This document shows positions 9,445 through 20,113 of a stretch of DNA of 47,864 nucleotides, one piece after another (the stretch's first letter is position 1; each line of letters opens with the position of its first letter). Where the stretch lies: NCBI GenBank assembly GCA_044356215.1, contig JBIKWQ010000017.1, positions 1 to 47,864 on the forward strand. Direction: 5' to 3'. This DNA comes from Bdellovibrionota bacterium (lineage in GTDB: Bacteria; Bdellovibrionota_C; UBA2361; OMII01). The notes beneath the pieces were generated by a model. It worked only from the letters and a program-made list of their open reading frames with translations. It was not told where the DNA came from and did no database searches. The translations under genes and the position numbers were made by a program.

Positions 9445-9806
9445 TATACAAGGGAAGCGAGGCTACACCAACCGCAGTTCAGGTAGTTAGGGGACTTAAT
9501 ATTTTCGTGACTACTCAGCAGAAAAGGCACCCCCGACAGGGGGGTGTCAAGAAAGAAGATCCACGAAAATCGCCCATTTAGCGACGCCATAACTACAACG
9601 ATCAAAAAATCCGGTGAGTAGTTAGGTAATTTCGCGAATCCGCATCTCTTAAAACAGCTTCTTATCTGATACGGGACTTGCTGCCCATAGAAGAAAGAGG
9701 CTGTGGGAGCTGGGATGTAAACTTAGGCGAGCTCAACGCCAAGAGGGAGTATAATTGTGAGATACCCTTCAATTCGGTTGACCTTAGGTTTTTTTGGGGG
9801 ATGAAA

Positions 9807-10217
9807 ATGATAGCGAGAGAATCAAGAAACGAGAGAGGTTTTTCAATCGTTGAGCTACTCGTTGTTGGAGCGATCTTCGGCATCCTAGCTCTCATTGCTG
9901 TTCCGCAGTACTCGATGTACCGCGAGCGAAGCTATAAGACAGCAGCAGCTAACGATCTGCGCAACATCGCCGCAGCGCAGGAGAGCTACTTCGCGCAGAA
10001 CGCGAAATATTACGCCCTAACGACCTGCTCAAATGTGGACGCTCTCTCGCAGTGCGAGATTAACGGACTTCCAGGGGTAGCGCGCCTCTCAAAAGGAATA
10101 AATATGCAGATTGAGGCAGGACCATCTGGCTTCAAGGGAGAAGCTCGCCACGCCAAGAGCGATCTAGTATGCCGCTGGGATAGCACCCAGGGAGGCATGC
10201 TCGGCTGTACCCGATAG
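9807..10217 (+). CDS. Type IVa pilin-like protein
   Basis: Prepilin cleavage/methylation site RG|FSIVELLVVGAIFGILALIAVPQY; GGGGGA RBS before ATG 9807; C-terminal Cys pairs. Confidence 0.9.
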   Translation: MIARESRNERGFSIVELLVVGAIFGILALIAVPQYSMYRERSYKTAAANDLRNIAAAQESYFAQNAKYYALTTCSNVDALSQCEINGLPGVARLSKGINMQIEAGPSGFKGEARHAKSDLVCRWDSTQGGMLGCTR

Positions 10218-10302
10218 GGCTGGATTCCCGCTTTTTTGGCGGCTTAAAAAGTGCCACACTGAGGACCTCTCTTTCCTAATTATTTAAGTGGTGACGCTCC
10301 AG

Positions 10303-10710
10303 ATGAAAACATCTAGATCTCTTTTAATAGCCCTTATTGCTCTAACGGTAACGTCAGGTTGCTCGTTCATCTTTGATCCTTCCACGAGGAAGGCACCATC
10401 GCGCAGAGGCGACAACGGCAACACAACAGCACCTGTTCTAGAGCAGACCGAATCAGGCGTTGAGGTGACCTGGGAGGTACCGAGTGATCCGGTCGATGGG
10501 TTTGTGATTCGTTATGGGCAAGATAAAGATAACTTAACAAAAGAGACTACCATATTTAAATCAGAGCTACGGGAGGAACGCGACTCTCAGTACGGTCCGG
10601 TTTATCGCTATGTTCTGCGCGATGTGGCTAAAGCAAGCAAAGTCTATGTAGCGGTAGCAGCTTTTAAGGGAGATATCATCTCTGAATTTAGCGCCGCCAT
10701 GGGTGAGTAG
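10303..10710 (+). CDS. Lipoprotein with FN3-like domain
   Basis: Lipobox TSGC; VTWEVP..DGFVIRYG..YVAVAAF..SEFS pattern of fibronectin type III. Confidence 0.7.
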   Translation: MKTSRSLLIALIALTVTSGCSFIFDPSTRKAPSRRGDNGNTTAPVLEQTESGVEVTWEVPSDPVDGFVIRYGQDKDNLTKETTIFKSELREERDSQYGPVYRYVLRDVAKASKVYVAVAAFKGDIISEFSAAMGE

Positions 10711-10762
10711 AGTCCACGGGAAAAAACAGATCTCCAAATAGAGCGCTCTTGCATCTTCACAA

Positions 10763-12589
10763 TTAAGGTGTGTCACAATCCTCCGGTATCTTGCTCCAAA
10801 GCTGAAATCCCGCGTTTTTCGAGGTCATCTCATTGTTGTAGGAGGATGGCACTTTGCAGTAAGTCGCAACTATCTCGCTTGATATCTTCTTTGCGTAGTC
10901 AACTCCAAAAGTCTCGTATGGAGCGTGCTCACTCCGAGTATCTTGGTTGACCAGGATGAAATGTGGAGAGCTCGTCTTAATTTTGTCGACTAGAAAATCC
11001 TCGCCGTAACTAAAGAAGAATGTCGGCATGAGATTGTGAAAACCAGCGGCACCTGGCATTCGTAATATAAAATTAAGCATCGTTCCCTCGGGAAGAACAA
11101 GCAAACTCGAGTCGCTTTTTCTCCGTCGATTAATGACTTCAATAAAAGATTTCGCGACCTCAACCTGACTCCGCGGGGCGCGTATAGTATCTATCGAGAC
11201 GTCTGAATGATTAGGCGCGGAGTCCTCGCGCTCCTGCTGGGATAAAAGCGGTGTATCGCTCATCGCGACTGAAGGTAGCGTATATCTCTGAAAAAGCGAC
11301 ACTGAGGTAGCTACTAGAATAACCGGAACTCCTCTTCCTAAACCGATAAAGATAGACTTGCCGCTTTTCTCCCTGAGCAGCCCAAGAGAAACAACAATCG
11401 CTCCCCAATAGTATGGCCAGAAGATCGAGCCGTAGAGCGATATCGCGGGCGCGGCCATCGTTTTAACTCCAGCTAGTAGAAACGACACAAGCACTATGAG
11501 CGACTTACCACCCCCTGGCGCCATTCTGGGAATGAACGTTAAGGATGAAATAGCGACTAGAGAGACGCCAAGCGAAGCTATACCAAGCCACAGAAAGCCA
11601 AGCATTCTATCCCAAGAGATGAGGATACACTTCGCTAAGATCACTACGAAGGTCAGCACTTTGAGTATCGAACTCATCCTCGATCTGTCCGTGTAGACCC
11701 AAACACTCACGACAAGAGCGAATACCATGAAATTACTAAGCGCCGCGGGGAAATATCTGATCAGCGGATCGAATGAATACACCCCCACTCGCTTGTAAAA
11801 TGCGGCTAAAAGCGGTGAGCTAACAAAGCTCCTAAACCACTCGATAAATCGCGCCCAATCGTGGAGGCCGACCCCCTCCGCGGTCAATAAGACTAGACTT
11901 AGTATCATCGGCGCGGCCGCGCAGAGTAGGGTCTGAATTAGCCAATATCTCAATTTAAACCGAGTCGCGAAGGGTGTTATAAAAACAACCGCTCCGAACA
12001 GAACAAACTCGTACTTAAGGCAGACTGAGAGTCCATATAGAAATCCAGACCAGAGCAACCTCGACCGCTTTCCACCATCGACGAAGGCAAGTAGCGCCAA
12101 TAGGCTCCCCATAAAAGCGCTGGACGCGTATGGCATCGCGAAAGTGTACGGAAGGATAAAATTAAAAATACTATCACTGAATATCGTGACCAGGATGGCG
12201 CTGATCGCTATGCTCCAAGCCGATAATACCGTTGTCACCCGCGACAGGACCGCGAAGAGGAGTAGGACAAAAACAAAGCCATTTAGAATTCCGGCCGATA
12301 GGAGAACTGAGAGATTCTCCCCAAATATGCGAAATAGAAGCGCGTTAATCTGATATGAGGCGGGTGGAACCAGAAGATAGTAGTCTCTTATCGGCATCTC
12401 CCCGTGGTTCATCCGCCACGCCAGATAGATCTCGAAACCTCTGTCTATAATTATGTCGGTGACTCGGCCCCAGCAGAAGAAGGTCAAGTAGACATATAAT
12501 AATGATATACTAAAAATGGCGAAAAAGTTGGATGATAAACGGCTGGCCGCCTTGGATTTACAGCCTTGGGCTGATATCGCACTTGTCAT
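10763..12589 (-). CDS. GT-C-like polytopic membrane glycosyltransferase
   Basis: Acidic first loop (IDRGFEIY..GEMPIRDY..PP), ~12 TM segments, LKYE, periplasmic C-terminal domain. Confidence 0.7.
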   Translation of the reverse strand: MTSAISAQGCKSKAASRLSSNFFAIFSISLLYVYLTFFCWGRVTDIIIDRGFEIYLAWRMNHGEMPIRDYYLLVPPASYQINALLFRIFGENLSVLLSAGILNGFVFVLLLFAVLSRVTTVLSAWSIAISAILVTIFSDSIFNFILPYTFAMPYASSAFMGSLLALLAFVDGGKRSRLLWSGFLYGLSVCLKYEFVLFGAVVFITPFATRFKLRYWLIQTLLCAAAPMILSLVLLTAEGVGLHDWARFIEWFRSFVSSPLLAAFYKRVGVYSFDPLIRYFPAALSNFMVFALVVSVWVYTDRSRMSSILKVLTFVVILAKCILISWDRMLGFLWLGIASLGVSLVAISSLTFIPRMAPGGGKSLIVLVSFLLAGVKTMAAPAISLYGSIFWPYYWGAIVVSLGLLREKSGKSIFIGLGRGVPVILVATSVSLFQRYTLPSVAMSDTPLLSQQEREDSAPNHSDVSIDTIRAPRSQVEVAKSFIEVINRRRKSDSSLLVLPEGTMLNFILRMPGAAGFHNLMPTFFFSYGEDFLVDKIKTSSPHFILVNQDTRSEHAPYETFGVDYAKKISSEIVATYCKVPSSYNNEMTSKNAGFQLWSKIPEDCDTP

Positions 12590-12596
12590 TTAACCC

Positions 12597-14348
12597 CTAT
12601 TCCAACCGCCTTAAAACTACATCGCCCCACAACCCATGATCCCCGAAATTAGTACCGAGTGGATCGGCTACAAGCGACAATTCAGATGGCCCTACTAAGA
12701 GCAACCTAAAGGGAGCTGAGGCGCTGGGACCATTAGAGATCTCCGATTGCCATACGGTCTCACCGTTCAGCCGAATCATAAAGCGCATAGAGGACCTAAC
12801 GTTCGCTATCTTTTCTGGACCGCATTTTCCCACCAACTGATATCGCCCCGAAGGTAAACGATATCGTAGCTCAGACCAGGCGTGCACCTTAATTCCAGAG
12901 GATATCCGCGTATCGCTAAACCCATATTCCTCTGGCATTCCTGGAGTTTGATAGATCGGCCCACCACCCCACGACTGGCTTACAGATACTGGGGAGATAG
13001 ATGCTAACAAAATACTCTCGCCTATTCCCAGCCTAAAGAACTTCGAGAGACCCTCCGCTCTCGCCTGAGCCAAGACCAGCAATAGAGGAACTAGACACGC
13101 CAAACCAAGTGCTAATCTCGGACGACGATCAAGGCAGGCGAATATTCTGAGACGAGCGCGTGCTCCTAACGCCTCAAATGTTAGAGCTAACGCTCCCACC
13201 ACGACAACAACGGAGACTATTCTCCACTCGTGGTGATTACGGGGAAAGAACACAAACGAGATATTCAGGGCGGCTAGCGCAGTTGTGACTGCGTACCAAC
13301 CGGCCCTAGCCCCACTTCGAGAAGCCCACATCGCGGCAGCTGGAACAGCTGCCAGAAGATATCGTTCGTGCATCTCGGGGCAAAATGCGAAGAAACTAAA
13401 ATTAACGACGAGAGCTAAGAGCCAAATATCAGACCTTTTGAGCAAGGCAAGCAGAAATACCGATATCGAGCTTAAGCAGAACAGCGCAAGGCCAAGACTT
13501 CTCGGGGTTAACCACTCAAAACCCGAGATTTTAAGCAGCGGAGCGGAGCTAGGTATCGCTCCTACTCCAATTAGCCGCCATAAATTCGCGGCATTATTGG
13601 AGGCATTTGGCATAATTCCTATATTACTCCAGTACGCGCCCTCCGCCTGAGCGATAGCTACTCCGGATATGATGAAGGGGAGAAAGCAGAGCGACACCGC
13701 GAGTATCGCACATGGAATCGCCCAGAGTAGCTTCCAATCTTTTACCACAGCCCTGATGTATAATCCGGCGAAGAGCGGGCCATAAACGACAGCCTGAAAC
13801 TTAACAGTCACGGCGAGCGCGAACAACGCCGGACCGAGCATGTGTCTCCCTCTTTGATGCGCCAAAAGACCAAGAGAGATCGGGATCCACGGTAAGAGAT
13901 CGACCTGTCCCCACTGAGGACCATCCGCGATAATCGCTGGATTGAAAACCGTAAGCCAGAAGATCCACGATTCACTCGGTTTAGTTCCTGAGTTTCTTAG
14001 TGATGAACCAACTTGATAGATTAAAAGCATCCACGAGCACCACACCAGGAGGACGATCCATGACTTAACGAGATTAGTCGATGGCGGCCCGACTGATAAT
14101 CCGTCAAATATCTTTCCGCCAAGCCAGAGCCAATTTAACAAAAAAGGGGGGTAATTAGACTGAACCGATGAATAGCCTCCTGATTGAAGCTGAGTCATCC
14201 AACGAGTCATGGCTCCAAGGTCACCTCTGTGCCCTTCTGAGAGAGTGGCTACCACACAAACAACAAGCGCAAGTAGCCACCCGAGCGCCACACCCTCAGG
14301 AATCCCCTCTCCATTAACTCTATTATCTACCTGACTAGAGCTCGCCAT
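12597..14348 (-). CDS. GT-C glycosyltransferase (ALG6/8-like motifs) with C-terminal NPCBM-like domain
   Basis: GD..W, NYPP, NPAII, WGQVD, KFQA and MHERY motifs; C-terminal QSWG..GIKVHA..DHGLWG typical of NPCBM/NEW2. Confidence 0.75.
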   Translation of the reverse strand: MASSSQVDNRVNGEGIPEGVALGWLLALVVCVVATLSEGHRGDLGAMTRWMTQLQSGGYSSVQSNYPPFLLNWLWLGGKIFDGLSVGPPSTNLVKSWIVLLVWCSWMLLIYQVGSSLRNSGTKPSESWIFWLTVFNPAIIADGPQWGQVDLLPWIPISLGLLAHQRGRHMLGPALFALAVTVKFQAVVYGPLFAGLYIRAVVKDWKLLWAIPCAILAVSLCFLPFIISGVAIAQAEGAYWSNIGIMPNASNNAANLWRLIGVGAIPSSAPLLKISGFEWLTPRSLGLALFCLSSISVFLLALLKRSDIWLLALVVNFSFFAFCPEMHERYLLAAVPAAAMWASRSGARAGWYAVTTALAALNISFVFFPRNHHEWRIVSVVVVVGALALTFEALGARARLRIFACLDRRPRLALGLACLVPLLLVLAQARAEGLSKFFRLGIGESILLASISPVSVSQSWGGGPIYQTPGMPEEYGFSDTRISSGIKVHAWSELRYRLPSGRYQLVGKCGPEKIANVRSSMRFMIRLNGETVWQSEISNGPSASAPFRLLLVGPSELSLVADPLGTNFGDHGLWGDVVLRRLE

Positions 14349-14370
14349 TACTTGATCCGATATTATCTTA

Positions 14371-16302
14371 TTAGCGCGGCTCGCCGAGATTAATTACCTT
14401 GTATCCATCAATATCCGGTTCGCTTCTCCACGATACCTTCGACTGGCAGACCTTGCACATACCAAAAAATCCGTCATACGCTGCGGGTTCAACCAGGGCC
14501 TGTGTCGGTCCTCGGCGATCTACCATTCGACGTAGATACTCACATCGACGCGCCTCTGGAAGAATCATAAAATGTCTTAAAGGAGAGAGACCATAAGGAT
14601 TAACACGCGAACCCGATACCTCCATCTGGTTAGGCGCCTCGTTTAGAATAACCAAATTCGCGTTAGGTCGAGCCGCTATCCACTCTTTAATTTGCGGCCT
14701 TAAGTTGGGATATGTCGGCCCCTGCCACAAACTAGCTGAGGTAACACGTGAGAGAGCGGCTCTCGTATTCCCGCTATTCATTGATTGAATAAAGTGACTT
14801 AAGCAGAAAATAGAAACCAAAATCAGTCCAGTTCGATGCTGCCACCTCTGCCTCGGCGTTAAAGCCCCACCCGCACTAAGCGTCATTACAATCATCTCCC
14901 AAGTCACTATGTTACTCACATTATTAGGATGACTGCGCGCGACGTAATAAGTGGAGACAAGCCAAAGGTAGGCGAAAAATACGAGTCCGCTAAAACTACC
15001 AGGGACCGATCTATTCACCGCAAGGCGAGCGAAGAAATACGAGAACGCAAGTGAGAAGATATAAAAAGCGGTGAACTCATCAAACTGAATGGGGAGTGTT
15101 CCGAATGAACTGGCGTATAAGGTGGCGTATTCGTAAAATCCTAATAAGTCCAGGGGCGCGCCGCTTAAAAAAGCGTAAACGCAGATAAAAACCGAGACGC
15201 CGGCGAGTCCCAACAAAACCTCAGGGAGGAGAGACTTCTCAAAGTATGGTCGACGGAATGTTGTCGCTAACTTTAGACAGATGAAGAGAGATAGTGGCGC
15301 CAGTGTATAGAGCAAACTCTCGCTACTCCAGATAAACGCCAATACACTAAAAAGCACCATCAAAGCGGCCCAAAGCCCCCTGCCTCTCTCTTTACCAGAG
15401 ACGACTCTCATAGCGCACAGAAGAGCTATTAATGATGGTAGGAAACGCGAGCCGGAAACGGATGGATAGGCGATTGGCCCCTTAAGATCCGGAAGCCAGC
15501 CCGCGAAAAAGAGAGAAACCGCGCAGGCGACCAAGGCGCTCAGGAGGGGCGATATCTTCGCTCTAAAGGCGAGAAAATAAAACAACAGCCCGGTCGTCAT
15601 AAACGCCAGCGACGCGGCTACTAAACCAAACGCGTCGACCCCCTTTAGGTCAAACACCTTAGCTATTGATGCCGGTAACAAAATCACGCCGAATCCGTAC
15701 TGGCTGGGAACATCCCACAACATTTGGCCCCCCGCGAGGACGGCGTAGAGAGGGGCGAGATAAAACGACCAGTGGTGTCGATCTTTTTCGGCGCTGAGCA
15801 CCTGCGCTTTAACGAGAACTAAGATTATTAGTGCCGCCAAAGTGAAATGAACAACTTTAGAAAACTTAGACCCACCTCGACTTCGCCATAACACCTCTAT
15901 TGGCAGCGCAACCGCGCCTATCGCGAGGCAGATCCCGATCGCCGCGTATCCCTTAAAAGCAAAGTAGCAACCACCGATTACTGGGATAAGGTTCGTTAAA
16001 TCAGAGAATCTAGATTTATACGAACCCTCCAAACATCGCTCTTCAGCGCCCTCCGCAGATTTAGCTCGAAACCACTTATCTAAAAGTAGTGCGGCCAGAA
16101 AAGAGAGCTCAAAAACGATCGGCAGACTGAGATGAATAACTCTATCTCGTGACTCACCTATATTAGTTGGCAAAACTTGGAGCCAAATAATATAAAGGAA
16201 ACATACAACGAAAGTACCGTAGAAAAAAAAGCGCGCGTTCGCCAAGAATCTTAGGCCGCTTAGGGTAATTTTTTTACCTGCCACGAGTCCTCTCTCGCTC
16301 AT
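14371..16302 (-). CDS. Polytopic membrane protein, probable GT-C transferase (start 16302 or GTG 16284)
   Basis: ~14 TM segments; DRHHWSFYLAP..DVPSQYG loop; operonic with GT2 and the other GT-C genes. Confidence 0.6.
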   Translation of the reverse strand: MSERGLVAGKKITLSGLRFLANARFFFYGTFVVCFLYIIWLQVLPTNIGESRDRVIHLSLPIVFELSFLAALLLDKWFRAKSAEGAEERCLEGSYKSRFSDLTNLIPVIGGCYFAFKGYAAIGICLAIGAVALPIEVLWRSRGGSKFSKVVHFTLAALIILVLVKAQVLSAEKDRHHWSFYLAPLYAVLAGGQMLWDVPSQYGFGVILLPASIAKVFDLKGVDAFGLVAASLAFMTTGLLFYFLAFRAKISPLLSALVACAVSLFFAGWLPDLKGPIAYPSVSGSRFLPSLIALLCAMRVVSGKERGRGLWAALMVLFSVLAFIWSSESLLYTLAPLSLFICLKLATTFRRPYFEKSLLPEVLLGLAGVSVFICVYAFLSGAPLDLLGFYEYATLYASSFGTLPIQFDEFTAFYIFSLAFSYFFARLAVNRSVPGSFSGLVFFAYLWLVSTYYVARSHPNNVSNIVTWEMIVMTLSAGGALTPRQRWQHRTGLILVSIFCLSHFIQSMNSGNTRAALSRVTSASLWQGPTYPNLRPQIKEWIAARPNANLVILNEAPNQMEVSGSRVNPYGLSPLRHFMILPEARRCEYLRRMVDRRGPTQALVEPAAYDGFFGMCKVCQSKVSWRSEPDIDGYKVINLGEPR

Positions 16303-18289
16303 CAACAAAATCTTTAATCTCTGAGCTGGAATCAAGTCTCCGCCCCCTGTGTGTAATAGCTCGCACGATAAATTTAGGTCGCGCTTTTGACTCGTCGAGG
16401 ATCTTGCCAACATACTCCCCAACTATAGCGGTAGCAAATAGCTGCAAACCACCAAAACCCAGGATCAACGACACTATAGTGGTTAAGCCACGAGGCACCG
16501 CCGGATCAAGCGCCCAAACGCAGAGATTAATCACTAGGGCTACTCCAGCCAGCGCCATTAAAGCCACTCCTCCTAGAAGCAAAAACTCAAGTGGCGCGTA
16601 GCTAAAACTAAAGATCCCTTTGCGAGCCCACCTGAAATTCTTCCGTAGATTATTCGTTGAAACTCCAAACATTCGCTCAGGCCTGTGGTAATCCACACCG
16701 GTCTGCTTAAATCCTACCCATGCCCGCAAGCCACGGAGAAACTGATCGGTTTCAGGAAGTCGCAGCATCTGTTCCACCACCCGACGATCAATTAATGAGA
16801 AATCGCCAGCGTCGAGAGGTATATTAATATCGGCCAAACCTCTAAAGACTCGATAAAAGGCCTTATAAGCAAAGCGCATAAATCTAGTCGCTTCACGCCG
16901 CACCCGACGTCCGTATACCACATCGAAACCATCTTCGCGCCACTTTTCAAAGAAAGCCGGAATAACCTCTGGGGGATCTTGCAGATCGCCATCTAGGAGC
17001 ACCACAGCATGTCCAGTTGATATCTTCATACCACTCAGAAACGCGTTCTGCGATCCAAAATTGCGCGAGTGTTCCACTACAACTACCCATGGATCTTTAG
17101 CCGCGATCTCCGCCGCGACCTGGGCCGTGTTATCTGGACTGCCATCATTAACGAAAATGATCTCATACTCGACCTTCATCGAGCTAAAAACCTTGCGCAG
17201 GCGATCGTACATAATCGGAATCGCTTGCCCATCCATATAGCACGCTATCACAGCTGAGATCCGAATCGGCTCAGCGTCTCCAAGAGAGGCGGCTACTCGT
17301 GGGACAAACCTCTCTGCCCGCGCCCATTCGGTATAACTTTTAAGGCCCTCCTCAAAGGGAACATTAGCCTTCCAGCCTATCTTTTCCAGAGCTTTATCGG
17401 CGTTCCCGTACCAGTCCTTCAAATCCCAGGAGCGATTAACCATGCTCCCCCAAGCAGGCTCGCCTTCCAGCGCGAAGATTGATTTAGCGACACTCGCCAC
17501 ATCGCGCATCGTCATCTTTTTCGTCGAGGCTATATTTATCGATTCGCCGCGCGCTGTAGACACTCCGCGTGTGGCCGCTAGTAAAGTGGCTCTGATTACA
17601 TCTGAGATATAAACAAAGTCACGTGATATATCAGGATCAACAAAAGGCGGATACCTCCCCTTTAAGCCGTGCTCTACAAGAGTTGGCAGCAACCTTTCAG
17701 GCTCTTCCCATGGCCCGAAAACTGAGTACAGCCTTAGGTTAACACACGGCAACTTTCTATGCTTCCCCCAGTGAGAGATCATGTAGGAGGCGGCAACCTT
17801 ACTGACCGCGTAGTGGCTATTCGGATCCAGTGACCAATCCTCCTCCGATCCGGCGCAATTGACCCCGTACTCCGACTGAGTTCCGGCGTGCACAAAAGCG
17901 GCTAGGCCTATCTCCTCGGCGACGGAGAGTACATTTAACAAGCCGAGCACATTAGTTTGATAAATAATCTCAACTTTAGTCTGCTTAGCGTATCCGCCAT
18001 ATGTGGCGAAAAATAGCACTGTTCTTGGCCTGTAAGCGCGAAAGACATCTCTTACTTCGGCGGCTCTATTTATGTCGCATTTTACAAGAGATATATCGCT
18101 TACATCAACCAATCGCCACGGCACAGAGGCGTCGTGGACGATCGCGTGAAGGTCGTCACGAACTTCCCTGATAGCTCTAACTAAATTTGCCCCTATAAAA
18201 CCGCCAGCGCCAAATACAAAAATCGGCCCCTCAAGATCCGCTACGAGATCAGCGATCGGTCGATCGTCAACAGCGTTAGTTGTCATCAT
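16274..18289 (-). CDS. Fusion: NAD-dependent epimerase/reductase plus polyprenyl-phosphate GT2 glycosyltransferase
   Basis: N-terminal GAGGFIG and YAVSK; C-terminal VNDGSPD, SRNFG, DGDLQDPP, FLRG and two TM segments (GtrB/ArnC-type). Confidence 0.9.
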   Translation of the reverse strand: MMTTNAVDDRPIADLVADLEGPIFVFGAGGFIGANLVRAIREVRDDLHAIVHDASVPWRLVDVSDISLVKCDINRAAEVRDVFRAYRPRTVLFFATYGGYAKQTKVEIIYQTNVLGLLNVLSVAEEIGLAAFVHAGTQSEYGVNCAGSEEDWSLDPNSHYAVSKVAASYMISHWGKHRKLPCVNLRLYSVFGPWEEPERLLPTLVEHGLKGRYPPFVDPDISRDFVYISDVIRATLLAATRGVSTARGESINIASTKKMTMRDVASVAKSIFALEGEPAWGSMVNRSWDLKDWYGNADKALEKIGWKANVPFEEGLKSYTEWARAERFVPRVAASLGDAEPIRISAVIACYMDGQAIPIMYDRLRKVFSSMKVEYEIIFVNDGSPDNTAQVAAEIAAKDPWVVVVEHSRNFGSQNAFLSGMKISTGHAVVLLDGDLQDPPEVIPAFFEKWREDGFDVVYGRRVRREATRFMRFAYKAFYRVFRGLADINIPLDAGDFSLIDRRVVEQMLRLPETDQFLRGLRAWVGFKQTGVDYHRPERMFGVSTNNLRKNFRWARKGIFSFSYAPLEFLLLGGVALMALAGVALVINLCVWALDPAVPRGLTTIVSLILGFGGLQLFATAIVGEYVGKILDESKARPKFIVRAITHRGRRLDSSSEIKDFVDERERTRGR

Positions 18290-19194
18290 TCTAGCGCCTC
18301 ACGAATTACACTTAATATTCTTTCTCCCGATAGCCCGCTCTCCTCTTGATGCCATTTCTGCGATCCGTAGCGACCCGAAGGATATCCCGCGGCGCAGAGT
18401 GAGATCATATTTAAGTTGGGAATTCCGATTAAGCACGGAGCGATACTTTCCGACATGCCGGACGAACGGTAGTGCTCCTCGATAGTTATCAATTTGCCTA
18501 TCGTTCCTATCGACCTCTTAAATACCTCATCAATCTCAATGATAGGAAACTCACCTACGGTCCAGAGCTCAACAGAATCCGGTGGTAGCTGTGGAAGTAT
18601 GGAGATAACATTGCTTACTATCGGGCCCATGGCGACTACTACAACTTTAGATCCTCTAATTACACGCCTAAAGGTCGACCAAGATGAGCGAGCTTCCACT
18701 TCCCCAAAATTATCTACAGACGACCCCAATCTAAGATAAGCTGGTCCACGTCGATCAAGCGCCGCGTTAAGACACTTATCTACGTCACTCGCGAATGCCG
18801 GCGTGTAGACACGCATATTAGGGAGAGCGCGCATGACCCCAACATCCTCAAGGGCGTGATGCGAACCACCCATGATGCCATACCCGTATCCTCCACCATT
18901 TCCCACAAGTGTCACAGGTAGGTTATGAAAACATAGGTCATTTCGGATCTGCTCAAATGGCCGCAGAGCGATAAAAGGCGCTATGCTGTAGACGATCGGA
19001 GCGAATCCACGAGCCGCCAATCCAGCCGCGACAGAGATCGTATTCTGCTCGGCTACTCCGGTGTTAATAAAACGATCTCCCAATACCTCACGGACCCGCT
19101 CGAACGCCATGTAACCCAGATCGCCAGATAGAAGAACCAGGTCTTCGCGGGACTTCGCGAGATCGATAATAGTAGCGGCAAATTCCCTTCGCAT
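18286..19194 (-). CDS. Transketolase C-terminal (pyrimidine-binding) subunit
   Basis: GDLG, FINTGVAEQN, EQIRND, HHALED, PAYLRLG, IEEH. Confidence 0.9.
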   Translation of the reverse strand: MRREFAATIIDLAKSREDLVLLSGDLGYMAFERVREVLGDRFINTGVAEQNTISVAAGLAARGFAPIVYSIAPFIALRPFEQIRNDLCFHNLPVTLVGNGGGYGYGIMGGSHHALEDVGVMRALPNMRVYTPAFASDVDKCLNAALDRRGPAYLRLGSSVDNFGEVEARSSWSTFRRVIRGSKVVVVAMGPIVSNVISILPQLPPDSVELWTVGEFPIIEIDEVFKRSIGTIGKLITIEEHYRSSGMSESIAPCLIGIPNLNMISLCAAGYPSGRYGSQKWHQEESGLSGERILSVIREALE

Positions 19195-19199
19195 GATCC

Positions 19200-20045
19200 T
19201 TAACTCTTCTCCTCACGGCCAGGCTGAATCATATCTCGTTCGCAAAATTCCAAAACACCCTGATACATCTCCGGTGTCATCGGAAGATAATGGGAGTCGA
19301 CCGTCCCTTCAATTTCCGGTAATCCACGCCCCTTTATAGTTTCGGCGATAATAGCGAGCGGGCCACTCCGGTTTTCTGAAACTTCCCTGTAGGCTCTCAG
19401 CAGTGAGGCAAAATCGTGTCCCGAGGCGTGACTCACCGCAACTCCGAAGGAACTTAGCTTATCCGCTATAGGCTCCATGTTAAGGACATCGGTAGTTTTT
19501 CCAAATCCTTGAAGCCCGTTACGATCGATAAAAAAGATTAGGTTCCTAAGGCCGTGATGCGCGGCGAACGCGAAAGACTCCCAGACACTCCCTTCATTTA
19601 ACTCACCATCACTTAGAACGCAAAAAACTCTTTCCGCTGGCAAATTCGGGGTAGAATTAAGTTTATTGCCGAGTGCCAGTCCCGCGCACAACCCCGGGCC
19701 GTGACCGAGACTACCGGTCGCGAAGGGCACACTCGGGATTCCTGATGGAGGAGGATGCACAGGAAAAATAGATCCATCCTTGTAGTACTGACTGATGAGT
19801 TCAGACTGGTTGATATCTCCCGCCGTAGCTAGAACTGAATATAACGCCGAAGCCGCGTGGCCCTTCGATAGCAAGATTACATCTCCAGGGCTCCAGCAGT
19901 AGAAGCGGATAAAAGTTAGGATCTCAACGCAAGACAACGCGCTTCCAACATGTCCAGACTTGGCCTCATAATGAAGCTTCAAAAGAAGCTTCTTAGCCGC
20001 TAAATTAGATTTCTTAAGAGACTCTACGACGGGAAAATGGTCCAT
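19200..20045 (-). CDS. Transketolase N-terminal (ThDP-binding) subunit
   Basis: SGHVGS, LSKGHA, TGSLGHG, and the ThDP motif SDGELNEG..DRN. Confidence 0.9.
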   Translation of the reverse strand: MDHFPVVESLKKSNLAAKKLLLKLHYEAKSGHVGSALSCVEILTFIRFYCWSPGDVILLSKGHAASALYSVLATAGDINQSELISQYYKDGSIFPVHPPPSGIPSVPFATGSLGHGPGLCAGLALGNKLNSTPNLPAERVFCVLSDGELNEGSVWESFAFAAHHGLRNLIFFIDRNGLQGFGKTTDVLNMEPIADKLSSFGVAVSHASGHDFASLLRAYREVSENRSGPLAIIAETIKGRGLPEIEGTVDSHYLPMTPEMYQGVLEFCERDMIQPGREEKS

Positions 20046-20113
20046 TTGCCTCTCATTACTGGCACACTACACCCGCCAGAGTGCTAAACTGTGTGCACAA
20101 AAGCAATCCCTGT

